Assembly: GCA_963842205.1 (NCBI GenBank)
Contig: CAWJFR010000005.1
Coordinates: 122,932 to 186,931 of the forward strand
Direction: 5' to 3'
Source of the DNA: an uncultured Solirubrobacterales bacterium
GTDB lineage: Bacteria > Actinomycetota > Thermoleophilia > Solirubrobacterales > Solirubrobacteraceae
Length of the DNA stretch: 64,000 nt
The position numbers were made by a program, and so were the translations under genes. The notes below the pieces were generated by a model. That model was not told the DNA's origin. It did no database searches and saw only the letters and a list, made by a program, of their open reading frames with translations. This document shows, piece by piece, positions 21,979 to 31,887 of the stretch. Numbering within the stretch: the stretch's first letter is position 1; every line of letters starts with the position of its first letter.

Positions 21979-22683
21979 ATGGTCTCCTCGGAGGTGCAGC
22001 GCACGCTGGTCAAGTCCCCGCCCGAGCTGTGGGCGGAGCTGAGCGACCCCGCCGCCCTGGCTCGCCACCTGGGTGAGTTCGGCGAAATCCGCATCACCCG
22101 CGCCGAGCCGGAGAAAACCGTGGAATGGGAGACCGCAACCGGCGGCGCCCAAGCCACCGGCAAGGTCACGCTCGCCCCGTCCGGGTGGGGCACGAAGGTG
22201 ACGCTGACCGTAGCCCGGGAGGTTGTCGAAACAGAGTCGCTGGTCCAGTCGGAGCCGGCGATCGTGGACGAGCTCCTGCCGGAGCCGGAGCCACTGGTCG
22301 AGGAGGAGCCGGAGACCGAAGCAATAGCTGAGGAGCCCATAGCCGAGGAGTTGGAACCCGAGCCCGAGCCACGCCAGGGATTCTTCGCCAGGATCTTCCG
22401 TCACCGTCGCAAAGAGCAGGCGCTGCCCGAGCCCCCGGGCGAGCCGGGGTGGGCGGTCGAACCGCAGTCCGAGCCGAAGCCAGAGGTCGAGCAGATCGCG
22501 CCGGACCAGCCAGAGGCGATCGAGATCGTCGAGCCTGAGCAGCTCCACAACAAGGAAACCCCCGACATCGCGGCGGAACTGAAGGCGGCCGAGGATGTTG
22601 CGGCGGAGCAGGTGACCGCCGTGCTCACAGCGGTGCTGGACCGGCTGGGCGCCGCGCACCACCGGCCGTTCTCGCGCGCCTGA
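21979..22683 (+). CDS. Hypothetical protein: SRPBCC/START-like N-terminus with a long acidic EP-rich insert
   Basis: KSPPELWAELSD..VEWE..GTKVTLT, then EPEP repeats and a C-terminal helix. Confidence 0.65.
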   Translation: MVSSEVQRTLVKSPPELWAELSDPAALARHLGEFGEIRITRAEPEKTVEWETATGGAQATGKVTLAPSGWGTKVTLTVAREVVETESLVQSEPAIVDELLPEPEPLVEEEPETEAIAEEPIAEELEPEPEPRQGFFARIFRHRRKEQALPEPPGEPGWAVEPQSEPKPEVEQIAPDQPEAIEIVEPEQLHNKETPDIAAELKAAEDVAAEQVTAVLTAVLDRLGAAHHRPFSRA

Positions 22684-22725
22684 GAACCGCCCAGGCACTG
22701 ACCCGCGGATAACATCCCGCGCTCA

Positions 22726-24366
22726 ATGGCCTCGAGCTCCCACGACCGACAGAACGACGCGGCGCTCCTCGCGGCCTCCCGCAGCGGGCACCGCAAACCG
22801 CCGCGCCAGAAAGCGCCGGAGACCTACGAGGAGAAGCTCGCTCAGCTCCACGAGCTGCGCGAAGCTGCGCTGCACTCCGCCCCGGAGGCCGAGGAGAAGC
22901 AGCACGCACGCGGCAAGTACACCGCGCGCGAGCGCGTGGAAAAGTTGCTGGACGAGGGGTCCTTCCAGGAGCTCGACACGTTCGTGCGCCACCGCACCTA
23001 CGACTTCGACATGCAAAAGAACCGGCCCTGGGGCGACGCCGTGGTCACCGGACACGGCACGATCGACGGTCGCACTGTGTGCGTGTTCAGCCAAGACTTC
23101 ACCGTGTTCGGGGGCTCGCTGGGCGAGGTGATGGGCGAGAAGATGTGCAAGATCATGGACCTGGCCGCGAAGATCGGCTGTCCGGTGATCGGCATCAACG
23201 ACTCCGGCGGTGCGCGGATTCAGGAGGGCGTTGTCTCGCTCGGCTCCTACGGCGACGTGTTCCTGCGCAACGTGCGCAGCTCGGGCGTGATCCCGCAGAT
23301 CAGCCTGGTGATGGGCCCATGCGCCGGCGGCGCGGTCTATTCGCCGGCGATCACCGACTTCATCTTCATGGTCAAGGAGACCTCCCACATGTTCATCACG
23401 GGGCCGGACGTGATCAAGACGGTGACCGGCGAGGAAGTCGGCTTCGAGGAGCTCGGCGGGGCGATGTCGCACAACACGAAGTCGGGCGTCGCCCAGTTCG
23501 CCTCCGAGGACGAGGACGCCTGCCTGGAGGACTGCCGCTACCTGCTGAGCTTCCTGCCGCAGAACAACCTGCAGAGCACGCCCCGCGTGCAGCCTTCAGA
23601 CGACCCGCAGCGGATGGACCCCGAGCTCGACACTGTCGTCCCCGATAACCCGAACAAGCCGTATGACATGCGCGACGTGGTGAAGCTGATCGTCGACGAC
23701 GGGGAGTTCTTCGAGGTGCACGAACACCACGCGAAGAACATCATCTGCGGCTTCTCCCGCCTGGATGGCTACACGGTCGGCATCGTCGGCAACCAGCCCG
23801 CGCAGCTCGCCGGAGTGCTCGACATCGACGCATCCGCCAAGGCCGCGCGTTTCGTGCGCACGTGCGACGCGTTCAACATCCCGCTGCTCACGTTCTGTGA
23901 CGTCCCCGGCTTCCTGCCGGGCACCGCCCAGGAGTGGGGCGGCATCATCCGCCACGGCGCGAAGCTGCTGTACGCGTTCGCCGAGGCGACGGTGCCGAAG
24001 GTTACGATCATCACGCGCAAGGCTTACGGGGGCGCCTACGACGTGATGTCCTCGAAGCACCTCGGGGCGGACTTCAACTTCGCCTGGCCGACGGCCGAGG
24101 TCGCGGTGATGGGCCCGGAGGGCGCCGTGAACATCATCTACCGTCGCGATCTCGCCCAGAGCCCAACCCCGGACGAGCGCCGTCAGAAGCTGATGGAGGA
24201 CTACAAGGCGCGCTTCGCCAACCCCTACACGGCAGCCGAGCGGGGATACATCGACGATGTGATCGTCCCGCACGAGACGCGCCCGCGTCTGATCGCAGCC
24301 CTGGAGACACTGCGCTCCAAGCGCGAGCCCGGGCCGAAGCGCAAGCACGGCAACATCCCTCTGTGA
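22726..24366 (+). CDS. Acyl-CoA (propionyl-CoA) carboxylase carboxyltransferase beta subunit
   Basis: [53 protein letters not shown]. Confidence 0.95.
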   Translation: MASSSHDRQNDAALLAASRSGHRKPPRQKAPETYEEKLAQLHELREAALHSAPEAEEKQHARGKYTARERVEKLLDEGSFQELDTFVRHRTYDFDMQKNRPWGDAVVTGHGTIDGRTVCVFSQDFTVFGGSLGEVMGEKMCKIMDLAAKIGCPVIGINDSGGARIQEGVVSLGSYGDVFLRNVRSSGVIPQISLVMGPCAGGAVYSPAITDFIFMVKETSHMFITGPDVIKTVTGEEVGFEELGGAMSHNTKSGVAQFASEDEDACLEDCRYLLSFLPQNNLQSTPRVQPSDDPQRMDPELDTVVPDNPNKPYDMRDVVKLIVDDGEFFEVHEHHAKNIICGFSRLDGYTVGIVGNQPAQLAGVLDIDASAKAARFVRTCDAFNIPLLTFCDVPGFLPGTAQEWGGIIRHGAKLLYAFAEATVPKVTIITRKAYGGAYDVMSSKHLGADFNFAWPTAEVAVMGPEGAVNIIYRRDLAQSPTPDERRQKLMEDYKARFANPYTAAERGYIDDVIVPHETRPRLIAALETLRSKREPGPKRKHGNIPL

Positions 24367-24374
24367 AGCCCGCC

Positions 24375-24562
24375 ATGCCCGCCGGCCGCGCACCTCTCCC
24401 GCACAGGCAGCAGCGATCGCGGCGGCGATCGAGCGGTTTCGGCGCGCGAGCGCGCCGGGTCCAACCGCAGGCGACGAGCAGCCCGATCCTTGGCTGCGCG
24501 CGGCTATCCTGGAAGGGGTCGCGCGCGAAGATCCGGGGCTTGTGTTTCCGGGTCCTGGATAA
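24375..24562 (+). CDS. Probable acyl-CoA carboxylase epsilon-subunit-like small protein, frameshifted near 24391
   Basis: Frame from 24392 reads TSPAQAAAIAAAIERFRR...PDPWLRAAILEG..* directly after the carboxyltransferase; ATG 24375 is out of frame by one base. Confidence 0.6.
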
Positions 24563-24649
24563 ATACCTGAAAGCCGCTAGCCTTTAGGGCAATCCCCTGC
24601 AGTACGTCAACTCGCCCCCGGTCACTGCCCGGTTCAGGAGGTTTCGCAA

Positions 24650-26476
24650 ATGGAGCCAGCTTCAATCCCCGCCCAGCGCGGCACGCTCGAGGACCCCGAG
24701 GTCCTGCAGAACGTGCCCGGGCACGTGATCCCGATCCTGCGGCAGGAGTACGACGACTTCAAGACCGAGGCGACCAAATTCCTCGACGGTGAGATCGCGG
24801 AAGACGAGTTCATCAAGTTCCGCCTCAAGCAGGGCGTGTACGGCCAGCGCCAGGCCGACGTGCAGATGATCCGCGTGAAGCTGCCCTTCGGCGGAGTCAC
24901 GCCGGAGCAGATGGAGGCGTTCGCCGACGTGGTCGAGAAGTACGTGCCACTCAACAAGGGCCACATCACGACGCGCCAGAACATCCAGATGCACCACGTC
25001 CCGCTGCTGGAGGCCGAGAAGCTGATCCGCGAGATCGGCGAGTCTGGGCTCTCCAGCCGCGAGGGCTGCGGTAACACGATGCGCAACGTGACCGGCGACC
25101 CCTGGGCCGGTGTCGCCAAGGACGAGCTGTTCGATCTGACGCCCTACGCGGGCGCATACGTGCGTTACTTCGTGCGCCACCCGACGACCCAGGCGATGCC
25201 GCGCAAGGTCAAGACGTCCTTCGACGGGTCCCCGCGCGACCGCGCGATCAGCGGCATCCACGACGTCGCCTTCCGCGCGCGCGTGCGCCAGATCGAGGGA
25301 CGCGGCGAGGTGCGGGGTGTGGAGATGCTGGTCGGCGGCGGCACCTCGATCATGCCCCGTGTGGCGCCGGTGCTGTACGAGTTCCTGGAGCTCGACAATG
25401 GCGAGTACCTGAAGGTCACCGAGGCGATCATGCGCATCTTCGACCGCCAGGAGTGGCTGCGCGTCAACCGCGCCCGCGCACGGATCAAGGTGTTCGTCGA
25501 TAAGTATGGCATCGACGAGCTGCGTAACCAGGCCGAGGAGGAGCTGCAGGGCGATTGGGTCGCCGAACGCGACTTCTCGATCGAGCAGCGCCTGTTCGCA
25601 GACGACGAGCGCGAGGGCGCGCCGGCGGCGCCGGCGACCTACGGCAGCCCCAACGGCGACCTCTCGGAGTTCGAGCGGTTCCGTGCTGCCAATGTGCGCG
25701 AGCAGAAGCAGCAGGGCTTCGTGACCGTCGAGGTCAAGGTCACCCGCGGCGACCTGACGCCCGAGCAGTTCAGGGGACTGGCGGCGATCATGCGCTCATA
25801 CGCGGGCGGCTACGCGCGCACAACCGTCCAGCAGAACTTCGTGCTGCGCTGGGTGCGCGAGGAGAGCGTCTATGACCTCTGGCGCGCGCTCTCAGAGCTT
25901 GACCTGGGCGAGGCGGGGTCGAGGGAGATCACCGACGTGGTGTCGTGCCCGGGAACCGACTCGTGCAAGCTGGGGATCACCAGCTCGATGGGCCTGAACC
26001 AGGCCGTGCAGGAGCGGATCATGGCAATGAACATCACCGATGAGATCACGCGCAAGCTGAACGTCAAGATCAGTGGCTGCCCGAACGGCTGCGGGCAGCA
26101 CCACGTCGCGAGCATTGGCTTCACCGGCGCATCGATCAAAGTCGGCGAGCACACGATCCCCGCCTACATCCCCCACGTCGGCGGCGTGTTCGAAGGCGGC
26201 GAGGTCAAGTTCGGCACGAGACTGAAGCTGCGCCTGCCTTCCAAGCGGGTCCCGGACGCGATCGAGCGCTGGATCGGCCACTACGAGTCCAACCGCAACG
26301 ACGGCGAGGAGTGGAACGACTTCACCGAGCGCGTCGGCACGACCGAGCTCGAGGGCCTTGTGAAGGATCTGTCGATGCCAGTGGACTTCGGGCTGGAGAC
26401 GATGAACACGTTCATCGACTGGAACCGGAATGTGCCCTTCGAAGTGATTCGCGGTGAGGGCGAGTGCGCGGTATAG
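24650..26476 (+). CDS. Ferredoxin-type sulfite/nitrite reductase (siroheme, 4Fe-4S)
   Basis: GVYGQRQ, HITTRQNIQ, PRKVK, CPGTDSC, SGCPNGCGQH; AGGAGG RBS; cys gene context. Confidence 0.92.
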   Translation: MEPASIPAQRGTLEDPEVLQNVPGHVIPILRQEYDDFKTEATKFLDGEIAEDEFIKFRLKQGVYGQRQADVQMIRVKLPFGGVTPEQMEAFADVVEKYVPLNKGHITTRQNIQMHHVPLLEAEKLIREIGESGLSSREGCGNTMRNVTGDPWAGVAKDELFDLTPYAGAYVRYFVRHPTTQAMPRKVKTSFDGSPRDRAISGIHDVAFRARVRQIEGRGEVRGVEMLVGGGTSIMPRVAPVLYEFLELDNGEYLKVTEAIMRIFDRQEWLRVNRARARIKVFVDKYGIDELRNQAEEELQGDWVAERDFSIEQRLFADDEREGAPAAPATYGSPNGDLSEFERFRAANVREQKQQGFVTVEVKVTRGDLTPEQFRGLAAIMRSYAGGYARTTVQQNFVLRWVREESVYDLWRALSELDLGEAGSREITDVVSCPGTDSCKLGITSSMGLNQAVQERIMAMNITDEITRKLNVKISGCPNGCGQHHVASIGFTGASIKVGEHTIPAYIPHVGGVFEGGEVKFGTRLKLRLPSKRVPDAIERWIGHYESNRNDGEEWNDFTERVGTTELEGLVKDLSMPVDFGLETMNTFIDWNRNVPFEVIRGEGECAV

Positions 26477-26511
26477 CTCAAGGATTGACGAGAACGAGAC
26501 GACCAGAACAC

Positions 26512-27174
26512 ATGCAGGCACGAGACAGCCAAATAACAGAGATCGACCCCGCGCTCAGCCTCACGCACACGCTGCGCGAGGCGGCGCGCCACGGCGAGCG
26601 GGCCGTGCTGCTGTGCTCGTTCCAGAAGGAGGAGTCGGTGCTGATCGACGAGCTGCTGCGGCTCGACCAGGGAACGGGCAAGACGGTGAGGATCATGACG
26701 ATCGACACCGGTGTGCTGTTCGAGGAGACAATGCGGACCTGGCGCGCGTTTGAGGAGCGCTTCGGCGTGAAGATCGAGGTGCAGGACGCGAGCAGCCAAG
26801 GGGAGCCGTGGAGCGGCCCGGAGCACTGCTGCTCGGTCGCGAAGGTCGCGGCCCTGGAGAGCTCGCTGGCCGGCGCCGAGGGCTGGATCACCGGCATCCG
26901 CCGCGAGCAGGGCCCGACAAGAGCGAAGACTGAGCTGATCGAACGCGACGAGGGCCGCGGCCTGTGGAAGTACAACCCGCTCGCCCACTGGACCGACAAG
27001 GACCTGTGGCGGCGGATCAACGAGCGCGAGTTGCCGTACAACCCACTGCATGACCAGGGCTACGAGTCGATCGGCTGCGCGCCGTGCACGCAGCCGGGCA
27101 GTGGTCGCGAAGGCCGCTGGGCAGGCACGGACAAGACGGAGTGCGGCATCCATGTCGTAGAGCCCGTCCGCTGA
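26512..27174 (+). CDS. cysH: APS/PAPS reductase (4Fe-4S APS-reductase type)
   Basis: IDTG, CC, TGIRREQ, YNPLHDQGYESIGCAPCT, ECGIH. Confidence 0.92.
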   Translation: MQARDSQITEIDPALSLTHTLREAARHGERAVLLCSFQKEESVLIDELLRLDQGTGKTVRIMTIDTGVLFEETMRTWRAFEERFGVKIEVQDASSQGEPWSGPEHCCSVAKVAALESSLAGAEGWITGIRREQGPTRAKTELIERDEGRGLWKYNPLAHWTDKDLWRRINERELPYNPLHDQGYESIGCAPCTQPGSGREGRWAGTDKTECGIHVVEPVR

Positions 27175-27178
27175 CTCG

Positions 27179-28096
27179 ATGAGCGTCGCGGCCCGTCCAC
27201 AGCTCAGTCACCTGCGCGCGCTGGAGAGCGAGGCGATCCACGTGATGCGCGAGGTCGCGGCCGAACTGGAGCGACCGGTGCTGCTGTTCAGCGGCGGCAA
27301 GGACTCGATCGTGCTGCTGCGACTCGCCGAGAAGGCGTTCCGCCCGGCGCCGTTCCCGTTCCCGTTAATGCACGTGGACACGGGACACAACTTTCCCGAG
27401 GTGATCGAGTTCCGCGACCGGCGCGTGGCGGAACTGGGCGAGCGGTTGATCGTGGCGAGCGTGCAGGAGTCGATCGACAAGGGCCGGGCGGTCGAGGAGA
27501 CGGGGCCGCGGGCTTCGCGCAACCGGCTGCAGACGGTGACGCTGCTGGACGCGCTCGCCGAGCACGGCTTCGACGCGGCCTTCGGCGGCGCGCGGCGCGA
27601 CGAGGAGCGCGCGCGGGCGAAGGAGCGCGTGTTCTCCTTCCGCGACGACTTCGGCCAGTGGGACCCGAAGAAACAGCGCCCGGAGCTCTGGAACCTGTAC
27701 AACGGGCGGATCAAGCAGGGCGAGAACGTCAGGGTCTTCCCGATCTCCAACTGGACGGAGCTCGATGTCTGGGAGTACATCGACCAGGAGTCCTTGGAGG
27801 TGCCGTCGATCTACTTCGCGCACGAGCGCGAGGTGTTCGGGCGCGACGGGATGCTGTACGCGTGGCGCGAGGGCGTCGAGCTGATCGACGGCGAGCAGGT
27901 GAGCACCGAGACGGTGCGCTATCGGACCGTCGGCGACATGACCTGCACCGGAGGCGTGCGCTCGCGGGCGGCGACACTCGAGGAGGTAGTGGTCGAGATC
28001 GCCGCGACACGGATCACCGAGCGCGGGGAGACGCGCGCCGACGATCGGGTAACGGAGGCCGCGATGGAGGACCGCAAGAAGGCCGGTTACTTTTGA
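27179..28096 (+). CDS. cysD: Sulfate adenylyltransferase subunit 2
   Basis: LFSGGKDS, HVDTGHNF, GGARRDEE, QRPELW, C-terminal GYF. Confidence 0.96.
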   Translation: MSVAARPQLSHLRALESEAIHVMREVAAELERPVLLFSGGKDSIVLLRLAEKAFRPAPFPFPLMHVDTGHNFPEVIEFRDRRVAELGERLIVASVQESIDKGRAVEETGPRASRNRLQTVTLLDALAEHGFDAAFGGARRDEERARAKERVFSFRDDFGQWDPKKQRPELWNLYNGRIKQGENVRVFPISNWTELDVWEYIDQESLEVPSIYFAHEREVFGRDGMLYAWREGVELIDGEQVSTETVRYRTVGDMTCTGGVRSRAATLEEVVVEIAATRITERGETRADDRVTEAAMEDRKKAGYF

Positions 28097-28181
28097 TCTG
28101 GCATCCAGCCATCTCCTTTGATGTCGAGGGCCGCCTCCGTGCGGCCTTGACCGAGCCTGCGGCCCTTCTGAACGGCGAGCG

Positions 28182-29555
28182 ATGACGCTCGACCTGTTGC
28201 GGTTTACCACCGCAGGATCGGTCGATGACGGTAAGAGCACGCTGATCGGCAGGCTGCTGTACGACAGCAAGCAGGTGTTCGAGGACCAGCTGGAGCACGT
28301 CGAAGCGGCGAGCGAGCGGCGCGGCGGCGAGGGCTCGCTGGATCTGGCGCTGTTGACCGACGGTCTGCGAGCCGAGCGCGAGCAGGGGATCACGATCGAC
28401 GTCGCCTACCGCTACTTCGCGACCCCGAAGCGGCGCTTCATTATCGCCGACTGCCCCGGGCATCGGCAGTACACGCGCAACATGGTCACGGGCGCGTCGA
28501 CCGCGGACCTGGCGGTGATCCTGCTCGACGCGCGCAAAGGCGTGCTCGAGCAGTCAAAGCGCCACGCGTTCATCAGCGCGCTGCTTGGCATTCCCAAGCT
28601 CGTCGTGGCGGTCAACAAGATGGACCTCGTCGGACACTCGCAGGAGCGGTTTGACGAGGTCTGCCAGGAGTTCGAGCGCTTCGCGCCCAACCTGCGCGAG
28701 GGCGGACGCAGGGCGGGCGACCAGTACGAGATCATCTACATCCCGATCTCGGCACTGAACGGCGACAATGTGGTCGAGCGATCGCAAGCGATGGCCTGGT
28801 ATGACGATCCCGCACGCCCCTCGACGCTGCTGGAGCTGCTGGAGCAGGTGGAGGTCGCCTACGACCACCCCTACGATCGGCCCGCGCGGTTCCCCGTGCA
28901 GTGGGTGATCCGCCCGAGCGGTGCGATTTCGGCCAACGGCAGCAGACCTGGACCGACCAACGACAGCGCGGCGACGGCGACGGCGACGAGCGACTACCGC
29001 GGCTATGCCGGCCAGCTCGCGAGCGGCGCGCTACGCAAGGGCGATGAGGTGACGGTGCTGCCGAGCGGCCGGCAGACGCGGATCGCGGCGATCGACACCT
29101 ACGACGGCGAACTGGACGAGGCGATGGCGCCAATGTCGCTGACGCTGCGATTGGAGGACGAGCTCGACGTCTCCCGCGGCGAGACGATCTGTCGCCCCGA
29201 TCAGGCGCCGACGGTCGCGCGCGAGCTGGAGGCCGACGTGTGCTGGATGGCCGAGCAGCCGCTGCGCGCCGGAGGGCGCTACGTGATCAAGCACACCACG
29301 CGCAGCGCCACCGCCCTCGTCGAGGAAATCACAGACCACGTCGACGTAGACACCCTCGAGCGCGGAGCGCCTCCGAAGGAGCTGGGCCTGAACGACATCG
29401 GCCGCGTGCGCCTGCGCACGAGCGCGCCGCTCGTGTTCGATCCGTACGCGAGCAACCGCCGTACGGGCAGCTTCATCTTGATCGACGAGGCGAGCAACGA
29501 GACGGTCGGCGCGGGGATGATCGCCGCGCCGACGGCCTGGGTCGCCGGCGCGTAG
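28182..29555 (+). CDS. cysN: Sulfate adenylyltransferase subunit 1 (GTPase, no CysC domain)
   Basis: GSVDDGKSTLIGRLL, EREQGITIDVAYRYF, NKMD, GSFILID. Confidence 0.95.
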   Translation: MTLDLLRFTTAGSVDDGKSTLIGRLLYDSKQVFEDQLEHVEAASERRGGEGSLDLALLTDGLRAEREQGITIDVAYRYFATPKRRFIIADCPGHRQYTRNMVTGASTADLAVILLDARKGVLEQSKRHAFISALLGIPKLVVAVNKMDLVGHSQERFDEVCQEFERFAPNLREGGRRAGDQYEIIYIPISALNGDNVVERSQAMAWYDDPARPSTLLELLEQVEVAYDHPYDRPARFPVQWVIRPSGAISANGSRPGPTNDSAATATATSDYRGYAGQLASGALRKGDEVTVLPSGRQTRIAAIDTYDGELDEAMAPMSLTLRLEDELDVSRGETICRPDQAPTVARELEADVCWMAEQPLRAGGRYVIKHTTRSATALVEEITDHVDVDTLERGAPPKELGLNDIGRVRLRTSAPLVFDPYASNRRTGSFILIDEASNETVGAGMIAAPTAWVAGA

Positions 29556-29615
29556 GCCTTGGTCGCCGGCCCCGTAGGCCTGAGTCGCCGCCCCATTAAC
29601 TAAGCTACCCGCCCG

Positions 29616-31427
29616 ATGTTCTCGAAGGTATTGGTCGCCAACCGCGGTGAGATCGCGGTCCGCATCGTGCGCGCGCTCGACGAGCTCGGCGTGGCCTCGG
29701 TCGCCGTCTACTCAGAGCTCGACCGCGATGCGCTGCACGCGAAACGGGCCGACGAGGCCTACAACCTCGGCGAGGGGCCGGCGGCGGATAACTACCTGAG
29801 CATCGAGAAGATCCTCGACGTGGTCAAGCGCTCGGGCGCCGAGGCGATCCACCCGGGGTATGGATTCCTGGCTGAGAACGCCCCGTTTGCGCAGGCGTGC
29901 GAGAACGCCGGCATCGTCTTCATCGGACCGCCGGCGAGCGCGATCGAGGCGATGGGCTCCAAGACGAAGGCCCGCGAGCTGATGCAAGCCGCGGGCGTGC
30001 CGATCGTGCCCGGCACGACCGAGCCGGTCGCGACCGTCGCCGACGCCCTGAAGATCGCCAAGGGCGAGATCGGCTTCCCGGTCGCGGTCAAGGCCGCGGG
30101 CGGTGGCGGCGGCAAGGGTTTTCGCGTGGCACTGAGCGAGGACGAGCTCGAGGGGGCCTTCGAGGGCTCGAGCCGTGAAGGCGAGAAGTTCTTCTCCGAC
30201 CCAACCGTGTACCTGGAGCGCTATCTGCACGACCCGCGCCACGTCGAGGTCCAGGTGCTGGCCGACCGTCACGGCAACGTGATCCATCTCGGCGAGCGCG
30301 ACTGCTCGATACAGCGCCGCCATCAAAAGGTGATCGAGGAGTCCCCGGCGCCGGAGTGGGTGGTCGATCCGGCAATGCGCGAGCGGATTGGAAAGATCGG
30401 CGTAGAGGCGGCAAAGGCCGTGGACTACGTCGGCGCGGGAACGATCGAGGGACTGTTCTCGACGCGCCAAGACGCCGAGCCGGAGTACTTCTTCCTGGAG
30501 ATGAACACCCGCGTGCAGGTCGAGCATTGCGTGACCGAGCTGACGACGGGCGTGGACATCGTCAAGGAGGGCATCAAAGCGGCCGCAGGCGAGGAGCTGT
30601 CCTATGGGCAGGACGAGATCAAGCTGCGCGGACACGCGATCGAGTGCCGGATCAATGCCGAGGACGCCTCCAAGAACTTCGCCCCGGCGCCGGGCAAGAT
30701 CGGCGCCTATCTTGAGCCCAGCGGCCCCGGCGTGCGCGTCGACTCGGGCGTGGGAGCGGGCGGCGAAGTCTCGCCGATGTACGACCCGATGGTGGCGAAG
30801 CTGATCGTATGGGACGCCGACCGCGAGCAGGCGACCAGGCGGATGCTGCGCGCGCTGGGCGAATACGAGATCGAGGGCCTGAAGACACTGATCCCCTTTC
30901 ACCAAGCGCTGCTCGCAACCGAGCAATGGGCCAAGGGCGAGACGTGCAAAGACCTGTTGGAGGACAAGGCGTGGCTGAAGACGCTTGCGTTCCCCGCGCC
31001 CGCCGCACCGGCTGCAGACGGTGAGATACAGGAGACGGTCGAGCAGTCCTATGCGATCGAGGTATCGGGGCAGCGCTTCGACGTTCGCGTCGTCGGCCCC
31101 CCGTTTGCAGGCAGTGGCGGCGGGGCAGCGAGCAGCTCGACGGCAGCCGGGCGGGCGGCGCCGAAGCGCAAGCAGCGTGAGAGCTCTAGTGGCGGGGGAC
31201 CGGACACGCTGCCCTCGCCGCTACAGGGGAACATGTGGAAGGTCCTCGTCAAACAGGGCGACACCGTCCAGGAGGGTCAGCTGCTGTGCATCATCGAGGC
31301 GATGAAGATGGAGAACGAGATCACCGCGCACAAGGCGGGCACAATCGCCGAGCTGCCGATCAAGGAGGGCGCCCCGATCGCCGCCGGCGCCCCGATCGCG
31401 ACGATCAAGAGCGCCGAGGAGGGCTGA
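29616..31427 (+). CDS. Acyl-CoA carboxylase biotin carboxylase/BCCP subunit
   Basis: ANRGEIA, HPGYGFLAEN, GGGGKG, ERDCSIQRRHQK, EAMKMEN. Confidence 0.95.
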   Translation: MFSKVLVANRGEIAVRIVRALDELGVASVAVYSELDRDALHAKRADEAYNLGEGPAADNYLSIEKILDVVKRSGAEAIHPGYGFLAENAPFAQACENAGIVFIGPPASAIEAMGSKTKARELMQAAGVPIVPGTTEPVATVADALKIAKGEIGFPVAVKAAGGGGGKGFRVALSEDELEGAFEGSSREGEKFFSDPTVYLERYLHDPRHVEVQVLADRHGNVIHLGERDCSIQRRHQKVIEESPAPEWVVDPAMRERIGKIGVEAAKAVDYVGAGTIEGLFSTRQDAEPEYFFLEMNTRVQVEHCVTELTTGVDIVKEGIKAAAGEELSYGQDEIKLRGHAIECRINAEDASKNFAPAPGKIGAYLEPSGPGVRVDSGVGAGGEVSPMYDPMVAKLIVWDADREQATRRMLRALGEYEIEGLKTLIPFHQALLATEQWAKGETCKDLLEDKAWLKTLAFPAPAAPAADGEIQETVEQSYAIEVSGQRFDVRVVGPPFAGSGGGAASSSTAAGRAAPKRKQRESSSGGGPDTLPSPLQGNMWKVLVKQGDTVQEGQLLCIIEAMKMENEITAHKAGTIAELPIKEGAPIAAGAPIATIKSAEEG

Positions 31428-31428
31428 G

Positions 31429-31887
31429 ATGGCGGTCGACTATGCGGCCGTGGCCGCGGGCCTGAGCCAGGCGATCCCGTTCAACGTGCACCTTGGTCTG
31501 GAGACCGTGACCGTCGCGCCCGACCACGGCGTGGTGAAGCTACCGAGCGCAGAGAACCTGAACAACCACGTCGGCTCCCAGCACGCCGGCGCGCTGTTCT
31601 CGGCTGGTGAGGCTGCGTCGGGCGCCGCATTCGTAGGCGCTTTCGTGGAGCTCATGGGCGAGATCACGCCACTGGCGGAGTCCGCCGAGATCGCCTACCG
31701 CAAGCTCGCCAAGGGCGAGATCACCGCGACCGGGCGCTTCACCGATGACAGGGACGCGCTGATCGCGAGACTGAACACCGACGGACGGATTCGCTTCCCG
31801 ATCGCGGTCGAGCTGGCCGACGCAGAGGGAACAGTCGTCGCCGAGATGACGGTCAACTGGTACGTGCGGCGCAACAACGCCCACTAG
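31429..31887 (+). CDS. Hot-dog fold thioesterase-like protein (DUF4442/PaaI-like)
   Basis: NHVGSQHAGALF..GE motif. Confidence 0.8.
   Translation: MAVDYAAVAAGLSQAIPFNVHLGLETVTVAPDHGVVKLPSAENLNNHVGSQHAGALFSAGEAASGAAFVGAFVELMGEITPLAESAEIAYRKLAKGEITATGRFTDDRDALIARLNTDGRIRFPIAVELADAEGTVVAEMTVNWYVRRNNAH

Noticed and set aside
24563-24649. SAM riboswitch upstream of the cys operon
   Set aside because: Under 90 nt with no recognisable SAM-I/IV core
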